Shown in pieces: positions 37,545-50,479 of a stretch of DNA of 64,000 nucleotides. The stretch's first letter is position 1. Every line of letters starts with the position of its first letter. The stretch comes from Lama glama (lineage: Eukaryota), in contig CM052817.1 in NCBI GenBank assembly GCA_028534125.1, forward strand, positions 20,214,001 through 20,278,000, written 5' to 3'. A model generated the notes under the pieces. The model was not told the DNA's origin. It saw only the letters and a list, made by a program, of their open reading frames with translations, and ran no database searches. Both the position numbers and the translations under genes were made by a program.

Positions 37545-40500
37545 TATAGAAAATGTGGTCAATTTCATTTTTATGGACAGAAAATTTTAGTTTCTTTACA
37601 GTTTCTTCCCTAACACTCCTCTATATAATCAATATTCAAGTATGAAAGAATCTGAAATCATGTAACAGAAAACGGAAGATATGAGATCAAATGAAGTTCT
37701 ACTCCATGTTCGTAAAACAGGACTTCTAGAAATAGATGTCATTTGCGTGTTTTTAAACTTAGAGAAAATATATTTATCTGTAACAGTATTCATAGTTGAC
37801 AGATGATAAGATTTCCTTCTTTAATAGATTATTTTACAACTCAGGAAATTCAAAAAGGAATATGATGTAAAAAATGATAAACTGAATAGACATAAATATG
37901 AGAAAAAATGGTATGAATGAAATGACACAGAAAAGTAATAGGCCATTTCTTAAAATTAACTTGTTTGGATAAAAATGTGTGCTTATTTCAATTCATGAAG
38001 GCAAACATTTTAAACTCTATGAGAACATATACCTTGTACTTTTTTTTTTCATGGCCCACGTCACTATGCTAAATTTCATTCAGAACAACAATACATGTAT
38101 ACACATTTGAAGAAAGCCAAATAGTTTCCATCTAACTACTGCTTTCATTACCAACTTTCTTTTTCAATGGTAGTTCTTTGAATTCAAATAAATTATTTTA
38201 AAATAGGTGGAAAACATTTAAGCTATTTTCAGAGGTATTTAATGCTCATTTATATGAAGAAATCCTGTGCTTTGTAACTATGTTTTAGAAAGAACCAAAA
38301 CGTAGCCTAAAAACAATAAGAAAACAATGTCAAATATTATTTTATGGAACCTAATGCATATTTTCCTACCCTAACTCATGCTTAATATGTTCTTCAACAT
38401 ATCTCTTTGGGGTCTGTTCCTTATATGAAATTTTGTAGAGATGAAAGGAGAAAGAATGACCTATATTGCTTTAAAGTGGTAACTCGTTTTTTTTAAATTT
38501 CAAAGTATGTATCTCTTTTACACAAAAATGTATGAAAATGATTTGCCTCCAGGCAGGGACATCATAAGTCAAGGTTTTGCCATTATGAAATTTTTGCTTT
38601 TGAGTTACAAACCTATACAAAAGCTATAAACCCTGAAATGCGACAGACTTCATAAGTGTAGAACAGGTGGTGCTGTCATACTATAGCAGGCATTTTAGAA
38701 GGTACTGTAAAACTAAATTACAGATGCATGTTATTTTCAGTAAATACAATTTCAACAGGAACCATATCCAAAATAGTAATTTTAAATAACTCAACTAAAA
38801 AACATACAGCTGAATTTTGTCTCTCTTAAATAATCTTAGAAGAATAAATATTTCCAGAAGCAATACCCATGAGCAAATCTGCTATTATGTCTGGATCACT
38901 CGATGGTACCCAAAAACTAAATGAAAATGTTTCACAACTCCACTTTTTTTTAATATGGCTAATGCAAAAGTAAAAGGCTCCCATTTTTAAAATTTAATTT
39001 CAAGTTAATTAAAGTTAAACTCTTACCTTTAGTGAGGAATTTGTTCACTTTAGTATAACAAAGTTAGTTATAAACTCCCCAAAATGGTGTATCTATCTTT
39101 CTAGTAATTTGTTTATTCACAAAAGCAGGTGTGTGTGTGTTTTCTCTAACACCTAGAGTACTGCAGATTATAGGATACAACTTGAGAAGCTTTTACATAA
39201 AAATATTTGATACATTCCAAATGACCATAGAGTGTTTTTTTTTTCTAATTTTTTTTTTGTGGAATATTTGAATATAATACCTGAGGAAGTTAGGATGAGT
39301 TCATTCAAATAAATGTTTTTAGGAAAATCTGTATTGCAATTTCTTTTGTAAACATTTTGATTTCTTGGTATAAAAAGAAGAAAAAAATGAAATAAGATAT
39401 CTAGGATGTATTTGGTGATGAAATTCCCAGTGTGTTGTATAAATATGGATATTGCCTCAAACTGCTTAGAATTGAGAACTAGTATGGCTGGTAGTAACAG
39501 AAAAATGCTTGGCACAACATGTTAGTATTCAGTCATCATAAATGATAAATGTTTCTGGTCAGCAAACTCTATGACCATGAGACTTCATTCATTTCATGGC
39601 CTATACAAGTAACTTATAGCACAAACTCCATCTCAAAACACAAAGTGTCTAAAAATTATTCTGCTTTCAAGGCACCATTGGTACTGACTGGGATTAGGGT
39701 AATATCCATTTGTAACAGGAAACAAACCATTGAATACTATTTCTGAGTTATCAGTATTCACTGAACTAATTTCCAGAAATTTGCACATACATGCTTCATA
39801 TAAAAATGTGACAGTTTACTGGTAAATATGTAAAAGTATATGTTAACAATACTATTTTATAATTTTATCTGAGAAAGATTACATGTAAGAGTCTGCATTG
39901 ATTTCATTAATTTAAATTCTATTTCAGAGTTAATGTTAATCTAAATACATAGAATGTGTGATAATTTTTTTGGATTCTATGTATACTGTTTGGTCTCAGA
40001 TCAACTGGAAGTCCATGGAATGATGTGGGTTTTGAGTATGAAATTTTGGTGTCTGTTAAATTAGCCTTGAAATGAAATTGCAGACTCTGAGTACTAACAT
40101 CTAACACTTTAGCCCTACACATTAAATAACACAGGTTCAACATTTTGAAGAAGGCTCAGTCTTTTAATAAAGATCTTTATGCAGAGTGAGGAGACTGATC
40201 ACTAACCAGAACTCAGGTTCGGTCAAAACTAAGTTTTTCACACGTTGACGTTGCAGGCTCACTTGTAAACATCCCCACACCTAACTTCATTTCTCTTTCT
40301 AAAACAATAGATTCAGTATGCTGATGACTAGAGACGGCCGTGTATTTTTAGATCAACAAAATTCTTCAAAAGGAAAATAAAAATACCTGAAAATATGGTT
40401 TTGAAAAGAAGGAGAGTTAGTAATTGCTCAGAACAAGGGGAGAAAATCATGGAGAATATTTAAAGGTGTCAAGATGACAGTTAAGGGGCTGAAACATTAG

Positions 40501-43500
40501 GGTATTTATTATGATTTGAATTGTTTAACAATCAGAATATGTGACATGAAGTTCTGCTGATTTCCTCACCCTATTTCAGACCACCAACTCACTCAAGTTC
40601 TCTTCGCATGCTCTGCACAAAGGAAGCTCAGGGGCTGATCAACAAGTGTTCTTCCTAAGCAGATGGCCCACCAGGTCACATGATACTGGGTCTCCTTAGT
40701 ATAGGCACCTCCACTTTCTGCAAGGGATTATTACAAACCATCCCGCAGTGTGGGTAAGGAGCACCAAAGAAAACATGCATACCTCAATCTAAAGACTCTA
40801 TACACTGAAGTTTCTCCTTGACTTTCTCTGCTCTGCTTAAACCGGCAGGGAGGAAATGGAGGTGGGGCACGGGGAAAGATGCTAATGTGGACCTGTTTGC
40901 CCTCTCTTTGTAAGGCCGGTGGCAATTCCTCTTAGGACACAGCAGGTACTAATGAGCTATGTTGTTTAGCTTTGGAGCATTGGCCTCAATTGCAAGGCAA
41001 CACCTGCCACGTTCCCCAGCACCTGGAAACTAATGACTGACAGTTAACTTGAGATGAAACAAATACCCTTTATCATCTCACAGTGTATTAATATTTCTAA
41101 TACTCTCATTCGGGGACAATTAGTTCAGGTTAATGTATTGTTTCAACAAACTTTTAAAACTTGAAGTAGGTACTTATTTCCTCACTTATTCCTGAAGTTT
41201 TTTCTATAAGTGGCAGGTATCACAGTACAATTTTTAAATGATTGCAGATTTTGTGACATGAAGGGTTTTTCCAGGCGTCCAGGAACTATGAGACTTTTTA
41301 CAGAATTGACCCAGAACTTTCACACCTCAGTTTAGTCTGCAATTCAAAGACTGTGATTCTTGTCATCAGAAAATTTCACTTGTATTCAAGCACTTTAAGA
41401 TGTATTTTCCTAAGAAACGATAATTGAAAGTTCTTTTAGAATAAGTCAGATCATACTTACAGAGGATTTGATTTGGAAAGCTGAACAGTCTACTGTTGCT
41501 TAAATCCATATTAAGCGATACAGTCACTTCTTGATGAGAAAAATTAAACTCAGCATCAGGTATACACTGTATTTTTTTTAACAAAAACCTTTGAAAACTG
41601 ATTATTCTGTTTCAGTTTGTTCTCTCTGAACAAAGTTAGTCTCCCAAATTCTATATGAGTAAACAATAAAAAATACAGCAAGTGTAATATTTTAATACAG
41701 TACCTAAATTGACCAGTACTTCTGACTATTCTAGTTTCCTAATGCAATTAAAGGACTGTATATTGATATTGTCATCTTCAGTTATATACAAACTATAGCA
41801 GCAATATTCACCGTAAGAAAATAAACATCACGTTAAACTCCCAAAGCAGTGATGATTTAGTCAGATTATAAAATTGCACAGGAGCAAGTTTTCAGATATT
41901 GCCTGTGTTGATAAGCTCATGTGGAGTTAAGCTTTCTTATAATTGTATCAACTCACTATACTTCAACCATTACTGTTTAATATAAAAGATTTCCAAGAAG
42001 ATTGAGCCTTATTTATAAAGATGAGTATACACAAAGAAAAATATAAATTCCCTATAATAGAACACACTGCAGTTAATAATAATATATATACATTATGTCT
42101 GTTTTTGGTATGTGCACAATCCCAGCCATTAAAGAGTTACAATGTCTCAGCAAAAAGTGAAAATTTCAAATTCTAAGTAAATTTGATTTGTCATGTTTTC
42201 ACTAGAAAACAAACGCATTTTGCTGTGAATTTATTACAAGAGCACAGCCTATTTGTTTTCAAGTTCATTTCCCCTGGGATAAAGTGGCAGTAAATGGATA
42301 ATCCATGGCTTGATTTCGCACAGTTAGGCATCCCAGCATGCACCAGGAAGAGAGCAAATGAAAGAACTGGGACATTTATAAGAAAGCTCCCTGCAGACTC
42401 ATTATTGGCAGTGCCATGAACCATTACAAACCCACAGCCCTGAGAGCTTCAAAATGCATGCTGTGGTATACCACATTCATTGAAATATAGAATAATATAT
42501 TTTCTAACTCTTTAATTTATATTTAACCTTTCATTTCTACAGCTAGAGTAATTGAGTTTCACATGTAAACAAAATTTAGGTACTTATTATATTTTTGTAA
42601 ACTAAATCTAGTTGGAAACATGTAATATACACATATATGAATAATTGAAACTTTTAAGAGCCTTTTTATTCCTCCTAATGCCATAATATCTGGTACTTCC
42701 AGTTTCCAAAAGCACATTTAATATAAATTTTGGTTTTATTTTTTTTTAAAGTCAAAGTAAAATGTTACCAAATTTTATATAATAATCAAAAAGTACATAC
42801 ATTCTATCTTTTTTCACAACAAAATATAATTGATGTTAATATGCAGAAAGTCAGTTCAGAGCAAAATCATTGTCACTTGTCACTTCTCCCGGCCAAATAA
42901 CATACATTTAATTATTTTACTTGAGGAAAAAAACTCATAAAACACAATGCAAAAAGGTTGGGGCACCAAAAAAAATCTGAGACCCATTTTGAAACATAAC
43001 TACCATAAATAAGGAAATAGTGCATGGGGATTACGCTTTTTACAATGATAAAAGAACTGTAACTATCTGCAGGGTCAAAAAATTAAGGTTTGGCATGGTT
43101 GACAGTTTATAGCTATCCCTAAAATAAACTGAAAAGCCAGAAGAAACCAACAACTTGAATATTAGAAGAAAGAACAATTTACAACATACACCTACTTATT
43201 ACCAAGAGATGTCAGAAAACAGATCAACAGATAGATAAGATGACTGTGTGGGTCAGTGTAGATAATCCAAACACTGAGTTCTACAGTTTTTTATGCATAT
43301 ATCTCAGCTCCAGTTTTAAGACTAAATTCACCATGGGTAAGTTCTTCATTGATAATTATAACATTAACAATAATAATCATATCTGCCTTTTAAAAATTAT
43401 CCATAATGTACCAGGCATTAACTGAGGACTTTTATATAATTAGACAAGTATTCAATATAAATCATTTTAATTTGAAGTCATACAGTTTATACATTGAAGA

Positions 43501-46014
43501 ATGTTTCCTTGATAACTGTTTTCTTTTTCACAGTATTCTGTTAAAAAGGTTAACAGAGTTTTGATAAGTAAAGGAAATACTGGGACACGTTAGCAGATGC
43601 AGACTTATTGCCTAGAAGGTATTTTGAACATTATGAATCTCACTTCATGGTGAATGTGTGAAAAAACATTTTCAACATTGAAAATAGTCATACACACACA
43701 AAAAAATTCCCAGAGTCTAGATCATCAGTTGGTGGCATATGGCTAGCTCAGCAAATATAGCTGTTGAGATAGTTTTTAGTAAAGACACTCTGAAAAAATC
43801 TATGGATAAACGTAGGGATTTATTTCGAGGGAAAAGATTATCAGCCAGCAATGCTGGATTTTTTACAGCTTTTTCATCCTCCAGCTGGTTATGTTCATTT
43901 TCTGCATCTTCCTTTAGGGACATCTTTCTAACCAACTTGTTCACTCCCCTAATGCACTCTCTCACTCTCCTATAGTGGGAGTTCCCTCTTCCGGAATCTC
44001 TTCTAAGACGTTAACCAGTGGCTAAAGATTTATCTCACCGATAAACTAAGCCTGGAGTGATAATTTTAATACAAGCGTCACCTAATTTTTACCTATTCAA
44101 ATATTTTATTGACCAAAGGATTGGATTAGGAAATAGGTTTCATAATGAGACTTACAAATCCTGCCAGGCCCCACAGAGTTCCTTCCCCCTACTGCCTTCG
44201 CTCCAAACTTACCTCATATGCCCTCTGCAAGGGCCGTGCTGGCTTCTTGTTCCTGGAATGTGCCAGCCATGCTGGATTTTAAAGTCTTGATATTTGTTTT
44301 TCTTTTTGCCTGGGATACATTTCCTCGATACAGTCACACCCCTTAGGTTTTATTCATGAGTCACTTAGGTGCCCCTCCTGACCAGCTCTGGCCACTGAGA
44401 TAGGTAGATGACTGTACGTTTAAAGCTTTCTACCACAAGCTTTCTGCTTTTCTGCTTGAAATACCTATTTCTATCACCTTTAATCCCAACTGAAACAAAC
44501 TGGAGGGTAGTACCTCTGATAAATAAAAACCTAACTACCTCCGTCCCCCTCCCCAAATACATGTATGTTAAAAAAGAAAGAAATTGGGGTAAATCACTTT
44601 GTAGAAATTTTCTATTTTGTATTTCAATTAGAAAATTTCTTAATTTCCATTGATATTCTGATAGAAATTATTGCTATCAATCAAATATTTCCACATCTTT
44701 AATTATCCTATTGATAAAAAGCACTGCACCCCAATTCAACCAGCTTTGAATCTCCTTCATGGCACGGATCATGACCACTTTCTTTTTCCTAGTATGTCTA
44801 TGTATTCCACCCATTACTCATCTTCTCTGTGCTGGGTTTGGGGTGTACAGGCATGGTGAGTGGACCAGTGCTTTTGAAGAAGGCTGTGTTTATAGAAATA
44901 GATTTGTGTTTGTAGTACAACTCTCAACTCAAAAATAATTAAATGCTACATAGCATACGAACTGCAGGTTACATAAGTTACATAGCTGTTAGTAAGGACA
45001 TTACCATTTCTTTATTTGATAAATATCACTTTGAAATTTTGAACATATATATGTGGAGACTGAGCCTTTGATTAAAGCTTGAGTGCCCAAACTACTTTGT
45101 TTTAACCTGAAATCACTTAAGCATAGCTTTTATGCCTTTACAATTTCTAGTGTGCACAGTGAAGAAAATAAAAAGAACCCTGCACAGTTTTACATGTAAA
45201 TCAAGTCAACCTAGCCGATCCCTGACTAACCAGAAGCTAATGAAATGAAGAACACTGATATCCTAATGACCCCTACTAAGCCCTGATGCAAGTTACGTCT
45301 TCTGGTCAGAATTCAAAGACATTGCATAAGACTTATATCTAAGCTAAATTTTGTTTAGAAGTGTTAAAAAAGCAGTTGCTCAAAATTCACCTTAAAGGAA
45401 AAATTTAAAAATCGAGGAAACTGGATCAGAATGATCTACTTTCACACAGCCTTGCTGTTTCCGTATTGTTTGTAACTTTCTGGCAGGAGTCATTTTATGA
45501 CTTAGTGTCTGTTTATAGAAAATTAGAAGGAACCTCCATCACCTGTGTCTATTCTCTTAGAAGCTTGACTGAAGGAGAAACTACTGGAAACCCCTGTGGC
45601 CTGGGCTCAGTAAAGTCATCATTAGTTGATTGCGTAGCTAAGGAGTTTTACAGTCATCTAATTTTAAAACATGTAAATAATGTCCATTATGTGACAGACA
45701 CTCAGTATTTGAGTATGAGGTCTTAAAGATAAGTATCATCAAAGACCCTCACAGAGAATTCCCTCTCTCATGCAAATTCACACTCAAAAAAAACTACAGG
45801 ATGTATTAGTTTCTACTATGTCTTTAGATCATACAATATTAATTATATTAACTTCTTCCCTTTACTGTAAACTCAAAACTAAAGTCATATATTTCATGTT
45901 TTACACATTCATATAAATTAAATTATATTATTACTATAAGATACACCTAAGAAAATATGTAAACACCTCAGTATTGTGTCATTAAATAAAACTGTATTTA
46001 AAAGGTTTATCAAG

Positions 46015-46530
46015 ATGGAAATGGCCTAAATGTCCATCAACAGATGACTGGATAAAGAAGATGTGGTATATTTATACAATGGAATACTGCTCAGCCATAA
46101 AAACTGACAACATAATGCCATTTGCAGCAACATGGATGTTCTTGGAGAATGTCATTCTAAGTGAAGCAAGTCAGAAAGAGAAAGAAAAATACCATATGAG
46201 ATCACTCATACGTGGCATCTGGAAAAACAAACAAACAAAAGAACATAAATACAAACCAGAAACAGACTCATAGACATAGAATAGAAGCTTGTGGTTGTCA
46301 AGGGGCAGGGGATTGGAAGGGACAGAATGGGATTTCAAAATTTGTAGAAACTGACAGGCATATGTATAATAGATAAACAGGATTACACTGTATAGCACAG
46401 TGAAAAAAAAATGTGACAATGAATATATGCATGTTCATGTATAACTGAAAAATTGTGCTCTACACTGGAATTTGACACAACATTGTAAAATTACTATAAC
46501 TCAATTAAAAAATGTTAAAAATAAATAAAT
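46015..46530 (+). mobile_element. Young 5'-truncated LINE-1 (ORF2 end plus 3'UTR)
   Basis: ORF 46061-46273 (MWYIYTMEYCSAIK...MPFAATWMFLENVILSE) is the L1 ORF2 C-terminus. TSD AAA(G/T)GTTTATCAAG at 46001-46014 and 46531-46544, at a TTT/AAAA endonuclease-type site. Confidence 0.93.
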
Positions 46531-46759
46531 AAATGTTTATCAAGGTTTATTTTCAATAATTTTTTTATTTACTGATTTATTAATGCTTAATTGTTGTTAC
46601 CTAACTTTTTTTCATTAAGAGACTATTTGAAAAAGAAAAATGTTAAGATTTTATTAGAAAAATAAGTAAATTCTCATCAGGCTATTTCTTCATGTTTCTA
46701 TTTGGTCATAAAACGCCTCTGGCTGGAGAATTTCTGTCTTTTTCTTTAGAGACAGGGAT

Positions 46760-48010
46760 AATAAAACAGAAATCAAGAAAGGTAATGAAAACCTGTAGAC
46801 TTGGACAAGGGTATCTCCATGAAGAAAACTGAAAATGTGAGGTGTTTACTTGCATATATTTAACTACTACTACTACAAAAAAAAAAAGATGAGCCTAAAA
46901 AACAAACAAACAAAACAGGGAATTTATATTCAGAATTTAGAGGATTAGGACTTTCTAACTTAGAAAACAAATCTATTTCTTACCTCTAACTTCCCTAGCC
47001 AGTAGAAGATTCTCAACTTAGGACACAGCTCAAGGCCAAAGAAAATTCAGATAAGACACAGACTCAGAATAAAGGTCAAATCTGTAATATGGCTGCAACA
47101 CTCTTTGTTATGACCTCTGAAAAGAACATGGTTGTGTGGTCTAGAAAAACTTACAAGTTAGAAAATGGGTTCTAGAAAACATAAGGGAAAGATGTTTGCT
47201 ATGTTCAAAGCATCAGTAATCCAATCAAAAGAAAAGACCATCTTAAAAATGTGTGGTGTAGCTGTTTGCAGAGATAGTAGCTACAAATTGGAATCAAATA
47301 CATAGAAAGCCCAAAATGTGTTTGAGAGAGCTTTATTAGCAAGAGCACTGTCAGTCTGCACTGCCTGAAATTCAGACTTTATAAAAAGACTTTTAGGACA
47401 CTAACCTTCCAGAGGCAATGAGATTTGATCAGCTGCCAAATGAACATATATATCAATGCCCTTTTCTGAATTAGCCAGGGTGAAGGGTAGAAAAAGAAAA
47501 ACAAATACGGCATGATATCACTTATATGTGGAATCTAAAACATACAACAACTAGTGAATATAGCAAAAAAGCAGCAGACTCACAGATATGGAGAACAAAC
47601 TAATGGTTACCAGTGGTAAGAGGGAAGGGGCAATTACAGTGGTTGGGGAATAAGAGGTACAACCTATTCTGTATAAAATAAGCTACAAGGATATATTATA
47701 TAACACAAGGGATTATAAACAATATTTTATAGTAACTATAAATGACGTATAAACTTTAATAACTGTGAATCACTATATTGTATACCTACAACTGATACAC
47801 TATTGTACATCAACTATCTTTCAATAAAAAAAAAGAAAAAGAAGAAGGTTCTAGAGTGTGTAACTCACATCCAAGCAAACAAAAGTCCAGGAAACCCTCT
47901 CAGGGAGCAGAACCAGGATCTACTTAAGGAGCACCCTTTACCCAACAAGTGTGTGGAATTGGCAAAACATGCCCAGTGGAATATCAAAGTTCACATGTAT
48001 CAATGAGTAT
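46760..48010 (+). mobile_element. MaLR internal sequence (MLT1-int-like), interrupted by an L1 fragment
   Basis: 'ctctttgttatgacctctgaaaag', 'catagaaagcccaaaatgtgtttgagagagc...gcaagagcactgtcag' and 'cagggagcagaaccaggatcta' resemble recalled MLT1-int. Confidence 0.6.
47499..47833 (+). mobile_element. L1 3'UTR fragment with A tail
   Basis: 'catgatatcacttatatgtggaatctaaaa...cagactcacagatatggagaacaaactaatggttaccag...tacatcaactatctttcaataaaaaa'. Possible TSD AGAAAAAGAA. Confidence 0.88.
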
Positions 48011-48419
48011 ATTTATCGACGGACAGTACAGTTTCCACTGAGACATTAAAACTCATTTCAAGGGGAAATCATCAGATATGCAAAAAGTGTCATGTGACAT
48101 GTTACAACAACAGTGCCCTGTAAACTAATGGAGGCAAAGAAGGAAGGAAGGATGAGAAAGCAATGACAAGGGAAGACTATCCTGCAGTATGCAGGCCCAG
48201 GAATGGCTGTGTAGGACCTCATCCACTAGGCTTAACCAGAATTGCTGTGAACAGTTGGCCAAGAAAAACTAGTGAAAGATAAGGAAAGAGGGCAAGTTAG
48301 AAATGAAGCAAGGAAAGGAAGGCAAAAAACTAAGGGCACAACTATTAAACACTTAATATATGAAACCTACATGCTCATTTTTTAATATAGAGTTATACAT
48401 AGGTATCAAATGTCCCTAG

Positions 48420-48810
48420 TCACATGGTATATATCACTTATATATGCCAGACACTTATGTTCTAAGTACATTATGAATATTAAATCAATTAATAATTACA
48501 ACAATTATTTGAGGAAGGACCTATGTAATCCCCATTTTTCAGAGGAGACCCTGATGCCAGAGAGGCTTATTAACTTTTTGATGTTCACTCAGCTAGTAAA
48601 TGACAAAGCTGCTATATGAGCACATCATCTTATTTTATCTTCTCCATTATCCTTTGCCAAAATGTATTACTATTGTTTTACAGTTAAGAAAACTGATGCC
48701 CAGGGAATTTAAATAATTTATGTGAGGAGGTAACTAGAATTCATTGTAGCTTATATTTGAAGCCAAGTACAGCTAGCTCAGGTACCAATGCTCTTACCAT
48801 TACATCACTT
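48420..48810 (-). mobile_element. Tandem MIR fragments
   Basis: 'ccccatttttcagaggagaccctgatgccagagagg' and 'ttttacagttaagaaaactgatgcccaggg'. Confidence 0.7.
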
Positions 48811-48910
48811 TCTCTTTGCTTATATAAAGAAAAGAATCAGACAGTGTGTGAGGGAGTGAGAAATGAGTCAAATACAAGGACTGCACTTTATTGAGCAAGA
48901 AGTGCAGAAT

Positions 48911-49155
48911 CACAAAGAACAAACTAGAGGTTACCAGTGGGGAGAGGAAAGGAGAGAGGGTATTGTAGTGGTAGGTGAGAAAGGGTAATGAACTCTCAGG
49001 TATAAATGAAGCTATAAGGATATATTGTACAACAATGGGACTATAGCCAATGCTGAATAATAATATAAACGGAGCAAAACCTGTGAAAATTGTGAATCAC
49101 TATATTGTACACCTGTAACTTATACAGTACAAGTTTAAAAAGAAAAAAAAGAAAT
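48911..49155 (+). mobile_element. L1 3'UTR fragment
   Basis: 'gaacaaactagaggttaccagtggggagagg...gctataaggatatattgtacaac...gtgaatcactatattgtacacctgtaac' followed by an A tail. Confidence 0.85.
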
Positions 49156-49499
49156 AAATAGGAAGTACTTAGGCAAGTCTTAGACATCCAATTTTTTGTT
49201 AAATACATCAAATTATAGTTTAAAAAAGAAATTAAGAAACTTTATAACCTCGATATCCAGGTAATATAATGAATTTTTTGTAAAAGTCAGCCTCATTAGC
49301 ACAAAACGATGTTAACTTCAAGCAATGGGAGGGGTGGGATGAGAAAAGTATGACATTAGACACTTGAGATAATGAAAAAGCAACTGCAAATGCCAAAATT
49401 CTATTAAGAACCAGGACACATCTTGAGTAGGTTAAATTTTTGTTAATGAGAATCATTCAATTTTTTAAGAGGTTAAGCAAAAGTGTGTGTGGTAGCCAT

Positions 49500-49630
49500 G
49501 AAATAGAGACTAGACAGAGTGAATGACAGACAGAGAGAGATACACAGATGAACAGAGAAAAAGAAATACAGACAGAGACACAGACAGAAAGAGACAGAGA
49601 TACAGAGAGAATGAAAAAGAGGGAGAATTC
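49500..49630. repeat. Purine-rich (GACA/GA)n low-complexity repeat
   Basis: Directly visible. Confidence 0.75.
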
Positions 49631-50120
49631 AGATGGTAAAAAACCTCATAAGCAGAATCTCTAATTGCCAGATCTTTGTGTTAAGAATATTAACAGAAAT
49701 GATAGTTTAAAATGTCCTTATTTTATCCTTTTAATTGATGTATCCTTGACATTTTTCCTTATAATAAAAGTTACTGTTTTAGTATATCTTTATGTATAAA
49801 ATAGTTTGAATGAAATAAAGTCCTTGACAAGATGTTATTAATCTGAATATATTTTAAATCAATTTACAATGGTAACAGAACTCTGAAGGATGTTCAAGAT
49901 TTTAAAATAACTGACACCTTGAAATCCTACTTAGAACCCGTTCCAGAATGAATTGAAATGTTTTAAATAATCAACAATACACTGAAACTGTCAATATGAT
50001 GCTAACACAGATACCAAGTCAAATTGTTTCTTCTTAAATTTTGTTCTCTAATGAGTAAACAAACAACAAAAATAGATCAAGGAACATTTAAGAAATTGAT
50101 AGAAAAATGCTTTAGGACAG

Positions 50121-50479
50121 TATTATAGTCTGAATATTTTGTCCTCCTAGAAATTCATATATTGAAACTCTAAACCCCAAAGAGGATGACATTAGGAGGG
50201 AGAGTGTTTGGGAAGTGCTTTAAGCCATGAGGGTGGAGCCCTCATGGATGGAATCAGTGCCTTGCAAAAGAGGCTCCAGAAAGCTCCCGACACCCCCTGA
50301 CCTTGAGAGGACACAGAGAGAATCCAAGAGAGGGCCTTCACAAGAACATAACCAGGCTGGCACCATGATCTTGGATTTCTCGGCTTCCAGAAATGTGAGA
50401 AATACTTTCCTGTTGTTTATAAACTACTCAAGCTACCCAGGCTGGTATTCTGATATAGCAGCCTGAATGGACTAAGGCA
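50121..50479 (+). mobile_element. MaLR MLT1A-like solo LTR
   Basis: 'aattcatatattgaaactctaaacccca...catgagggtggagccctcatggatggaatcagtgcc...gctggcaccatgatcttggatttc...agcagcctgaatggactaaggca'. Confidence 0.9.

Noticed and set aside
40264..40276. TGTAAACATCCCC, identical to the 5' 13 nt of miR-30d
   Set aside because: The sequence diverges afterwards and there is no complementary arm for a pre-miRNA hairpin. A FOX-type motif or chance match is more likely.
43717..43975. Overlapping 82-aa (-) and 78-aa (+) ORFs with protein-like composition
   Set aside because: No recognisable homology and no convincing flanking splice sites. The length is within chance expectation.
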